From Planctomycetota bacterium (GTDB lineage: Bacteria > Planctomycetota > B15-G4), in assembly GCA_965248575.1 (NCBI GenBank), contig CBDFJQ010000002.1, positions 2,112,001-2,176,000 on the forward strand: DNA of 64,000 bases. Reading direction: 5' to 3'. The notes under the pieces are model-generated. The model searched no databases. It saw only the letters and a program-made list of their open reading frames with translations, and was not told the DNA's origin. The translations under genes were made by a program, and so were the position numbers. Position 1 is the stretch's first letter. The number at the start of each line of letters is the position of its first letter. Positions 56,227 to 64,000 of this stretch are shown here, one piece after another.

Positions 56227-57708
56227 TCAGGGTTGGGTCACACCGCGCAAGGCGTTGCTTCCCGAAGGCACGCCCGCCCGGGCCATGGGCCGCAGCCACG
56301 CCTGGAAGTAGAGGCTGCTTCCGACGGGCGCATCGCTGGGCCAGGGGAAGGCCTTGGGCTGGTTCGTGCGCATCTTCACGACGAGCGCTGGGTCGGGGAC
56401 GAGGGTGCCGCCCTTGAAGGGCAGCGACGCGAGCTGGAAGCCGATCACGAGGTAGGCGGCGGGCGTCTTGCGCTTGGCAGTCGACGCCTGCAACCAGATC
56501 ATGCTTCCACCCTGGGGCAGACCTTCCGATTCCAGGGTGATGGCTCCCGAGAGGCCGGCCACGGCTCCACCGAGGTCGGACCAGGGCGGCGCGATGGCCG
56601 TGAAAACGGACAGGTCATTGGAGAAGGCGTTGGAGACGACAAAGTCGTCCAGCCCATCACCACTCGAGTCACCCGCCACCACGCTCGCCGGGAAGAAGCC
56701 GGCGCTCATGCTGACGGCGCTTCCGAACTGCCCTTCGCCATCGCCCATGAGCAGGGACACATCCCCGGAGCCGAAGTTCGCCGACACGAGGTCCTGGGCA
56801 CCGTCGCCGTTGAAATCACCCGCGGCGACACGCTGGGGCATGATGCCCGCGACGAACTCCTGGCTGGGGCCGAAGGCGCCGCCCCCTTGCCCGAGCACCA
56901 CGGAGAGCACGCTCGAGGAGACACAGGCTGCCACGACATCCGGCACCCCGTCGCCGTTGGCATCGAAGACGGCGAGGTCCCGGGGGTCCACAGCCACGGG
57001 CCACCCAGTCCCTTCGCTCATGACACCGCCGCCGGCGTTCAGGAAGGGTCGCAGCATGTCTTGCGAGCAATCGGCGACGAGCAGATCGTCCAGATCATCG
57101 CCGTCGAGATCGGCGGCTTGCACAGAGGAGGCGCAGAACCCGCTCGACAGGACGACCGGTGCCGCAAAGCCCAGTGCCGAGTTCATCATCAACGAGACGG
57201 GCGCGGTGATGCTGTCGTGGGCCAGCCCGATGTCCACGAAACCGTCGCCATCAAAGTCGGCGGCTGCGAGATCCTGAGGTTGAAAGCCGACGGACTCGTG
57301 CTGCGCTGGAGCGAACCCGCCACCCGGCAGTCCGTGCAGCACGGACACCGTGGCGTCCCCCGCGTTGACGGAGGCAAGGTCCATCACACCATCGGCATCG
57401 AAGTCAGCGGCCACCACGTCCAGGGGTTGGCTGCCCACCGCAAAAGCCTGCGATGCGCCGAAGCTGCCGTCACCGAGTCCCATGAGGACGGACACCCTGG
57501 AGGTGAAGCGTTCGGCCACGGCGAGGTCTTCGATCCCGTCCCCATCCAGGTCGCTCAGGACCATTCCCTGGGGATTGCTGCCCACAGGATACGTCGCGGT
57601 CTTGAAGCTCGCGACGGAAGCCTGGCCCTGCGCATGAACTGGGAGCAACGTGCTGACGATGATCAGGGCCGGAAGCCATCGACGATGCGCGGAGCGTGGG
57701 GTCAACAT
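56227..57708 (-). CDS. Secreted FG-GAP/VCBS repeat protein
   Basis: Signal peptide; about seven DxDGDGxxDL repeats; C-terminal accessory domain ending YFQAW...SNAL. Confidence 0.9.
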   Translation of the reverse strand: MLTPRSAHRRWLPALIIVSTLLPVHAQGQASVASFKTATYPVGSNPQGMVLSDLDGDGIEDLAVAERFTSRVSVLMGLGDGSFGASQAFAVGSQPLDVVAADFDADGVMDLASVNAGDATVSVLHGLPGGGFAPAQHESVGFQPQDLAAADFDGDGFVDIGLAHDSITAPVSLMMNSALGFAAPVVLSSGFCASSVQAADLDGDDLDDLLVADCSQDMLRPFLNAGGGVMSEGTGWPVAVDPRDLAVFDANGDGVPDVVAACVSSSVLSVVLGQGGGAFGPSQEFVAGIMPQRVAAGDFNGDGAQDLVSANFGSGDVSLLMGDGEGQFGSAVSMSAGFFPASVVAGDSSGDGLDDFVVSNAFSNDLSVFTAIAPPWSDLGGAVAGLSGAITLESEGLPQGGSMIWLQASTAKRKTPAAYLVIGFQLASLPFKGGTLVPDPALVVKMRTNQPKAFPWPSDAPVGSSLYFQAWLRPMARAGVPSGSNALRGVTQP

Positions 57709-57855
57709 GACATCCCATGTCGGCCCCCTCCAGGGACGAGTTGAGCCAGGAAGACGCCGGGAGGCGCGTAAAAACAGGTGCGACCGTTCGTCCAGGGCTC
57801 ACTCAGGCGGGAAAGATGTCACATGCCCCCGAGCGGCGGCCCTACAGTCCATGGA

Positions 57856-60654
57856 ATGGAACATCCCGAGCGCGCAATCGAGCACGATGAGCTGCTGGCC
57901 CAGATGGGCTGGGTGACAGCCCTCGCCCGGAGCCTTGTGCGCGACCCCAACGTCGCCCAGGACGTGGCGCAGCAAACCTGGCTCACCGCTCTCGAACGCC
58001 CACCCCATACCGCGCGCAGCGGTCCTGGCCTGCGGGCCTGGCTCGCCTCCGTCACCCGCACCCTGGCGCGCCAATCCGTGCGCGGAGAAACCCGCCGCAC
58101 AGCGCGCGAGAAGAGGGCAGCCCAACCGGAATCCCAACCGGCTGCGGTGGACATCGTGGGTCGCGGCGAGATGCAGAAGATGCTCGTCGACAAGGTGCTC
58201 ACGCTCGAAGAACCCTACCGCTCCACCGTGCTCTACCGCTACCTCGACGGTCTGAGCGCCCCGGAGATCGCGGAAGCCATGGACGTCTCGCCCGCCGCCG
58301 TGCGCAAGCGCCTGTCCCGCGGCCTCGACCAGCTGCGCGGCCGCCTGGACCAGAGCCACGACAACGATCGCTCCAAATGGACCCTGGCCCTCTTGCCGCT
58401 GGCCCGGCTGCCTCACGGCTTGGGTGGAAAACCGCTCGGTGCGGAATCAGCCGGTATCGATGCCGGTATCGATGCAGGGATCGATGCCGGTGTTGCAAGC
58501 ACGATGCCCGTGGGTGCGGCCTCGGGGGCTACCGCCGTCAAGTTCATCGCGGCGGGTACCCTGCTGGCCATCGGCTGGGTTGTCGCCGTGGTCTGGCCTG
58601 ACGACGCCCCTTCCACGACCCACCTGTCTCCGCCCCTCGCTCTGGGCAGCGAGCCCGAGATGCCCCTACCCCTCACGTCAGGCGCAGAGGCCGCGGCCGC
58701 TCCCCTGCCTGTGGAAGCGGACCGTCCGGAACCCGCTGCCGGTTTCTTTGACAGCGTGCGCGACAACTGGTGGATGCCCCCGCCCCGCGGCTCCCTCGAC
58801 GGCCGTGTGGTGGACGTGGCCGGCCAACCCGTACCGGACGTGCGAGTGCGCTACGAGACCGTGCTCCGGCCAGGCGGCCAGGAAGTGGGCCGTGCCTCGC
58901 TCACAGCCCTCTCGGACTCGACCGGTCTGTTCCACCTGGACGGCATCCGGTCCCAGGGCCAGGTGCTCGTGGCCAGCTCCGCCTATGTCACCGTCCTGGC
59001 AGGCAACACCGACTACTCCGGGCGCGGCAACGGCCAGACCATCGTCGTGGCCCCTCGCCATCCCTTGAGCGGACGCGTGGTCGACGACGCGGGCGCAGCT
59101 GTCGAAGGCGCACGCGTGGAGATCCTTCCGCCCCCAGGCTTCGAGGCCAGCTTCGCCCAGAGCCTGGAGCACGTCTCTCCCCAGGAAGCCTGGGACCTCA
59201 CGGACGGCAACGGCCATTACTCCCTCGAGCGGGCGCCTCGGCTGGAGGGCGCCACCGTGCACGTGAGCAAGGCAGGTTATGAAAGCTCCTCCGAGGCCCA
59301 ACCCCTTCAGCCCGAAAACGCGCACGTGGTCAGCCTGAAGCGCGCTGCCCAATTCATCAGTGGGCGCGTTGTGGACGCGTCAGGCCAGGCGGCCGCCCAA
59401 GCCCTGGTCTCCTGCGGCCTGAGCCGAACACTCACGCAGGATGACGGCAGCTTCCGCTTTCACTTCACACGGAAAGAACTCGAACTCACGGCCAAGATCG
59501 TCGACTCGACAGAGCTCGGCCTCGTTGCCTTGCGCTCGGGCGAGCAACCCGGGCGCGCCGTGGTCGGCCTGCCGCAGGAACTACCCACATCCTCCAGCCC
59601 CTGGCGGGTCGAAGGTGTGTTGCTGGAACTGGGAGCTCCCACCCTCGCCCTGGGTGGTCGAGTGCAGGACCCGTCCGGCATCCCGCTGCCCGGGGTGAGC
59701 GTGTGGCTCGTGGACCCGACGATCTTCTCGCGCCAGCCCGGCAACCGCATTGCACCCCGGCGTGACGACGACGAGAGCGATCAGCTCCAGAGTGGCCCCC
59801 GCTCCGGCCTCGTGGATCCGGTCCTGGTTCTCGAGAACCTGCTCGCCGATGCCCCTGGGGTCGCGGACCCCGGCGGAGGACCGGTTGCGATTGGAAGCCA
59901 CCCAGCGCTCTCCGCACGTCGTTCCGGGCTCTGGCGCCGGGAAACCACGGATTCCCTCGGGCGCTTCCAGCTGACTGGCCTGGAAGACCGGCCCTACACC
60001 GTCGCCGCCATGCACACGGGCACGCTGCAAAGCGTCACCAGCGAACCCACACCTGCCGGACGTGACGACGTCTTGCTGACCCTCGACCCGGACACCCTCT
60101 GGGCGCGGGTCAGTGGCCGCGTCGTCTCTCCCCACGGAACGCCTCTCGCAGGAGTCGAGGTCTCGGTGCGGCGTGAGGTCCTGGCCCTGCCCGGGGTCAC
60201 CACCAGCACCATCGGAACCTTGGCGCTCACGGATTCAGAGGGACACTTCACGCTGACGAGCGTCCCGCACAGCGGCGCCTACCTGTGGGTCATGGGCTCG
60301 GATGTGCTGGGTGTGGCGCACGGGCGGGAAGGCCCCCTCGGAGCTGCTCATGCCTTGGAGATCGTCGGGCTCGAGATCACCGTCCCCTTGCGCCTTGAGC
60401 TGCAAGTCCAGCTGGACCAGGCGGGCAGTGCCGACGAGCTTCGCATTCTGACGGCACAGGGCACGCCCCTGCAGCTCAACAGTTTCCATTTCGACCGCCG
60501 CCGACTGCGCAGCTCGGCGCCCATCATCGATGGGCGCACCGAAGTGCTCGCCGTCACCGAAGATGCTTCTGTCGCCGAATTGCTCAAAGCCGGCGAAGTC
60601 GTTCGACGAGTTCCCCTTTCCCTCCTGCGAGGGGAAGTCCATGTGCTTCGCTAG
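57856..60654 (+). CDS. ECF sigma factor fused to a TM helix and carboxypeptidase-regulatory-like repeats
   Basis: Region 2 AQDVAQQTWL..LRAWL; region 4 LSAPEIAEAMDVSPAAVRKRLSRG; TM FIAAGTLLAIGWVVAVVW; five GRVxD/S..G.P-type repeats. Confidence 0.88.
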   Translation: MEHPERAIEHDELLAQMGWVTALARSLVRDPNVAQDVAQQTWLTALERPPHTARSGPGLRAWLASVTRTLARQSVRGETRRTAREKRAAQPESQPAAVDIVGRGEMQKMLVDKVLTLEEPYRSTVLYRYLDGLSAPEIAEAMDVSPAAVRKRLSRGLDQLRGRLDQSHDNDRSKWTLALLPLARLPHGLGGKPLGAESAGIDAGIDAGIDAGVASTMPVGAASGATAVKFIAAGTLLAIGWVVAVVWPDDAPSTTHLSPPLALGSEPEMPLPLTSGAEAAAAPLPVEADRPEPAAGFFDSVRDNWWMPPPRGSLDGRVVDVAGQPVPDVRVRYETVLRPGGQEVGRASLTALSDSTGLFHLDGIRSQGQVLVASSAYVTVLAGNTDYSGRGNGQTIVVAPRHPLSGRVVDDAGAAVEGARVEILPPPGFEASFAQSLEHVSPQEAWDLTDGNGHYSLERAPRLEGATVHVSKAGYESSSEAQPLQPENAHVVSLKRAAQFISGRVVDASGQAAAQALVSCGLSRTLTQDDGSFRFHFTRKELELTAKIVDSTELGLVALRSGEQPGRAVVGLPQELPTSSSPWRVEGVLLELGAPTLALGGRVQDPSGIPLPGVSVWLVDPTIFSRQPGNRIAPRRDDDESDQLQSGPRSGLVDPVLVLENLLADAPGVADPGGGPVAIGSHPALSARRSGLWRRETTDSLGRFQLTGLEDRPYTVAAMHTGTLQSVTSEPTPAGRDDVLLTLDPDTLWARVSGRVVSPHGTPLAGVEVSVRREVLALPGVTTSTIGTLALTDSEGHFTLTSVPHSGAYLWVMGSDVLGVAHGREGPLGAAHALEIVGLEITVPLRLELQVQLDQAGSADELRILTAQGTPLQLNSFHFDRRRLRSSAPIIDGRTEVLAVTEDASVAELLKAGEVVRRVPLSLLRGEVHVLR
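58450..58491 (+). repeat. In-frame 12-bp tandem repeat (about 3.5 copies, encoding AGID)
   Basis: GCCGGTATCGAT GCCGGTATCGAT GCAGGGATCGAT GCCGGT in the linker between the sigma domain and the TM helix. Confidence 0.8.
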
Positions 60655-60690
60655 TCTCGTACCACCCTTCATGAATGTTCGAGGTGCCCC

Positions 60691-61863
60691 ATGACTTCAC
60701 TTCTGACGGCTCTGCTGATCGCCACCACCTGCCTGCCCCAAGCAACCACGGCAGAAGCCAGCCCAGCTCAACATGGGTGGTTTGAAGGCTCGTACAACTC
60801 GGCCCTGCGCGCCGCGCGCCAGGAGAACAAGCCTGTCTTCATCGCGCTCGTTCCCGACTGGAGTGACTACAGCCAGAAGATGCTGGCCGAGACCTTCCCG
60901 GACACGTCCGTCAGCCAGCTCCTGAGCCAGATGATCTGCCTGAAGTACGAGGTCGAAGACTCACGCTCGCTTCAGGTGGCGCGGCTCTACAAGGTGTCGC
61001 AGTTCCCAACGCTCGTGCTCGCCCAAGCGGACGGCTCGCTCGAGGATGTCATCATCGGCTACTTCCCACCGCAGCCCCTGGTGCAAGAGCTGCAGCGCAT
61101 CCTCAGCGGCGTGGGAACGCTGGCGGATCACGTGGCGCGGGTCGCTGCAGACCCCGAGAACCTGGCCACGCGCTACGCCTACGCCGTGAAGCTCGATGAG
61201 GTCGGCGACGCCGCTGGCTTCCAGAGAGAGCTCGGATTCATCCGGACAGCCGACCCGACGGGCGCCACCGTCACGGGCGCGCAGCTGCTGCAGAATGAAG
61301 TCTGGGCGAAGGTTGCGGCCGTCGGCCCCGGGGACGAAGCCACCTGGGACCTCACACCCGTCGCAGAGTTCCTGGAGACCGTGCCGCTGCCATCCGCACG
61401 CTTCGCCGGCTGGATGCGGCTCGCGGGTTTCCAGCGGGAACGGGAGCGTCGAATCGAAGCGGTGGGCGCCATGCGACGAGCCCATGAGAGTGTTGCGCCC
61501 AACGAGTTCTTTGACTGGTCCGCCGACGTCATCACCTACGTGCTCGAGGCCGACCAAGGCGACCTGCCCGAGGACACGGGTCGTTGGACCCTGTCCCTGG
61601 CGGAAGAACTCGAGCGACGGGCGCTCGTCGTCCAGGAACCGGACGCCTCAGGAGCGGTGTTCTTCCCTGCCACACTGAATTACGACGAGTGGCTTGCAGC
61701 GCAGCTGGACATCCTGGCGCAGGCCCAGCTGAAATACGCCGGCTCCCGGGGCAAGCGGCTCGCCCTGGCCACCAGCGAGCGCTGCCTCGCTCTCATGCCC
61801 GACAACGATGACTACAAGAGTCGGGTCGAGCTGCTCAAGTCCTCTCCGCGCGGCAAGCGCTAG
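60691..61863 (+). CDS. Secreted thioredoxin-like (SxxS) protein with a helical/TPR-like C-terminus
   Basis: Signal peptide; W...Y..AL..AR.ENKPVFI...DWSDYSQKM...TF, and cis-Pro FPT. Confidence 0.75.
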   Translation: MTSLLTALLIATTCLPQATTAEASPAQHGWFEGSYNSALRAARQENKPVFIALVPDWSDYSQKMLAETFPDTSVSQLLSQMICLKYEVEDSRSLQVARLYKVSQFPTLVLAQADGSLEDVIIGYFPPQPLVQELQRILSGVGTLADHVARVAADPENLATRYAYAVKLDEVGDAAGFQRELGFIRTADPTGATVTGAQLLQNEVWAKVAAVGPGDEATWDLTPVAEFLETVPLPSARFAGWMRLAGFQRERERRIEAVGAMRRAHESVAPNEFFDWSADVITYVLEADQGDLPEDTGRWTLSLAEELERRALVVQEPDASGAVFFPATLNYDEWLAAQLDILAQAQLKYAGSRGKRLALATSERCLALMPDNDDYKSRVELLKSSPRGKR

Positions 61864-61954
61864 CACCTAGGGCAGCCCAGACCCGCCGCTGCCCGTTCGG
61901 GGACCGCACGGGCGGTGCCCTGGAGCTGTACGGGGGGCAGCAAGAAATCATCTG

Positions 61955-62000
61955 TTGCAGCATCGGATCCCTTGATGCATTATGTCACCTATGAGTGACA
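61955..62000 (+). promoter_or_regulatory. Sigma70-like promoter with an overlapping palindromic operator
   Basis: TTGCAG (61955-60), 17 nt, CATTAT (61978-83); palindrome TGTCAC-N6-GTGACA (61983-62000). Confidence 0.65.
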
Positions 62001-62422
62001 CGTTGCCCAAAAGTCCCCGAGCCCAAGAAGCCGACGACCTGGTGTGGAAGGCCCTCGCCGACCCGACGCGTCGTGCCGTGCTGGACGTCCTGGCCAAGAG
62101 CCCGCACTCAACCGGAGCGCTGGTCGAATGCTTCCCCGGCTTGTGCAGGACAGCAGTCATGAAGCACCTCGACGTCCTGGAAGCCGCGGGCTTGCTGGTC
62201 GTGCAGCGGGAAGGGCGGGTTCGCTGGAACCACCTCAATCCCATGCCCATCCAGCTCCTGCATGACCGCTGGGTCAGCCGCCACGTCTCGGGCATGGCGT
62301 CCGCGCTCTCACGCCTCAAACAACACGTCGAGCAGCCTGCCGCCAGCGGCAAGCGGCGCGGCGACCGCAAACGTCCCAAACGCCGTACCAACTCGAAAGG
62401 CACAAGGAGCCCCGCCGCATGA
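61991..62422 (+). CDS. ArsR/SmtB-family transcriptional regulator (start 61991 or 61982)
   Basis: VWKALADPTRRAVL, AVMKHLDVLEAAGL and REGRVRW. Confidence 0.92.
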   Translation: MSDTLPKSPRAQEADDLVWKALADPTRRAVLDVLAKSPHSTGALVECFPGLCRTAVMKHLDVLEAAGLLVVQREGRVRWNHLNPMPIQLLHDRWVSRHVSGMASALSRLKQHVEQPAASGKRRGDRKRPKRRTNSKGTRSPAA

Positions 62423-62877
62423 ACACCACATCCCAAGACACCACGAGCTGCAGCTACACCCTCGAGGTCTCCATGAGCGCCACCCGCGAGCAGGTCTGGA
62501 CAGCCCTGACCGACGAGGTCAACGCTTGGTGGCTACCCGACTTCCACATGGTGGGTCCTGACTCCGTCGTGCGCTTCGAAGGGCGCGCCGGAGGCACCCT
62601 GCTCGAAAGCCGAGCGGACGGCGGCAGCCTGCTCTGGTACACGGTGCAGATGGCCATGCCGAACGAGTCCCTGCACCTCGTGGGCCACCTCGGGCCGGAC
62701 TGGGGCGGGCCGGCGACCTCGCTCCTCTCCCTGACCCTGGAGACCCAGGGAGATCAGACGCTGCTGCGCGTCAAAGACTCTCTCTACGGCTGCCCGTCCG
62801 AAGACTCGGCCGCCGCGCAGAGTGACGGCTGGCGCCAACTCTTCACCGACGGGCTCAAGGCCTACGTCGAGAAGTGA
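62419..62877 (+). CDS. SRPBCC/AHSA1 (START-like) domain protein
   Basis: A.REQVW.ALT....WW and C-terminal GW..L...LK.YVE; ATGA-coupled to the ArsR gene. Confidence 0.9.
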   Translation: MNTTSQDTTSCSYTLEVSMSATREQVWTALTDEVNAWWLPDFHMVGPDSVVRFEGRAGGTLLESRADGGSLLWYTVQMAMPNESLHLVGHLGPDWGGPATSLLSLTLETQGDQTLLRVKDSLYGCPSEDSAAAQSDGWRQLFTDGLKAYVEK

Positions 62878-63052
62878 TCGGCGCAGAGGCCAAGCGCGTC
62901 CTTCCGGAGCATGCAGGCGCAACAGGTGCCGCCCACACCTTTCGGCGGATTGCCTGTACGCTGTCCCTCCCGAGCGCCGGTGCAACCCAGGTCGCGGACT
63001 CCAAGAAGGCGTCCCGATCGGGTCTGGCTGCGAGCGCTCGCCGGAGCCCCCT

Positions 63053-64000
63053 ATGACCGTTCGCTGCTCGTCGATCCCAGCTCACCAGACTCTGCCCCGA
63101 CTGGGGCTCTGCCTCCTGCCTGCGCTGCTAGCGCTGCTGGCCGTCCCCAGCCAAGCGCAGTGGATCTCGGACGCGGCAACCAACACCAGCATCGCCGACC
63201 GCGGCAGTGATCAATCCCAGGCCAAGCTCGTTGCCACCCCCGATGGCGGGTGCTGGGTGAGCTGGTTCGACGGCATCGGCACGGGTTGGGACGTGCGCGT
63301 CCAGAAGCTCGATATTGGAGGCAGCGAGGTCTTGCCGCACGGCGGCGTGCTCGTGGCAGATCGTTCCTTCAGCTCGACCCAGGACTACGGCCTCGACACG
63401 GACGCCGACGGCAACGCCTTGCTGGCCTACCGCGACGACAGCGGCGCCAACGTCCAGATCGGCGTGTCCAAGATCGCACCGGATGGCACGCAGATCTGGG
63501 CGGTGCAGGTCACTTCCACCACGGCTTTCCTGGCGGCGCCGAAGGTGTGCGGGCTCTCCGACGGCGGCGTCGTAGTGGCCTGGACCCAGGACTCGAGCAC
63601 CCAGCTCACCTGGCTCGACAGCAACGGCAACACCACGGGGCCCACGGCCTCCCTGACTCCCGTCAGCGGTAGCTTCGCCGTGAACGACCTGCACGACGCA
63701 GGCACAGACGCCATCATCTCCTTCACCCACCAGACCGGCGGCTTCGGTTCTCCGCGTCGCATCCTGGCGCAGAAGTACTCGGTGACCGGCGCGCGCCTGT
63801 GGGGCCTGGAGCCCCGTGTCATCTTCAACACCGGCTCGTTGCAGTTCGGCAACTTCCCGGCCTTCCTGCCCGACGGCAACGGGGGCGCCATCTTCTCCTG
63901 GTATGACACGGGCTCGTTGCAGCTCCAGTGCTATGTGCAGCGCGTCCTGTCCAATGGCAGCTTCGGTTTCGCACTGAACGGCGTCGCCGTCTCCACCAAC
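63053..64000 (+). CDS. Secreted beta-propeller-like protein (partial, runs off the window; absent from the ORF track)
   Basis: GGAG RBS and ATG 63053; signal peptide ...LLALLAVPSQA-QW; frame open to 64000 with DG.GG...W.D and (V/A)Q+ repeats. Confidence 0.82.
   Translation, partial: MTVRCSSIPAHQTLPRLGLCLLPALLALLAVPSQAQWISDAATNTSIADRGSDQSQAKLVATPDGGCWVSWFDGIGTGWDVRVQKLDIGGSEVLPHGGVLVADRSFSSTQDYGLDTDADGNALLAYRDDSGANVQIGVSKIAPDGTQIWAVQVTSTTAFLAAPKVCGLSDGGVVVAWTQDSSTQLTWLDSNGNTTGPTASLTPVSGSFAVNDLHDAGTDAIISFTHQTGGFGSPRRILAQKYSVTGARLWGLEPRVIFNTGSLQFGNFPAFLPDGNGGAIFSWYDTGSLQLQCYVQRVLSNGSFGFALNGVAVSTN

Noticed and set aside
57817..57846. TGTCACA upstream of the ECF gene as an autoregulated ECF promoter
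   Set aside because: No convincing matching -10 element and no second instance in the window to define a motif.

Overview
High-GC bacterial DNA. The gene repertoire (several sulfatases, FG-GAP proteins, an ECF sigma factor with a long membrane-anchored extension) suggests an uncultured Planctomycetota-like genome; this is inference only. The left half (~0.85-34 kb) is a hybrid NRPS-PKS biosynthetic gene cluster. Its minus-strand operon encodes three single-module NRPSs, a KS-AT-KR-ACP-E PKS, a divergent SHMT-like PLP enzyme, an MppJ-type 2-oxo-acid C3-methyltransferase, a SyrD/PvdE-type exporter, two sulfotransferases, a pair of alpha/beta hydrolases and a type II thioesterase. A divergent plus-strand unit adds a sulfatase-like lipoprotein, an FG-GAP protein, a stand-alone C domain and a HisC-like aminotransferase. 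No integrated TE or reductase release domain is visible. Next come a cell-surface glycosylation locus (35.7-43 kb), two more sulfatase-family genes, a DUF2911/TPR protein, an SGNH hydrolase, an exported MsrAB and an acyltransferase. A TlpA-family selenoprotein (in-frame UGA giving UxxC, with a SECIS-like hairpin) was split in two by the ORF caller. The window ends with secreted proteins sharing a C-terminal domain, an ECF sigma fusion and an ArsR-SRPBCC pair with a visible promoter/operator. No rRNA, tRNA, CRISPR array or transposase was recognised. All family and substrate calls come from reading motifs by eye; no database search was run.
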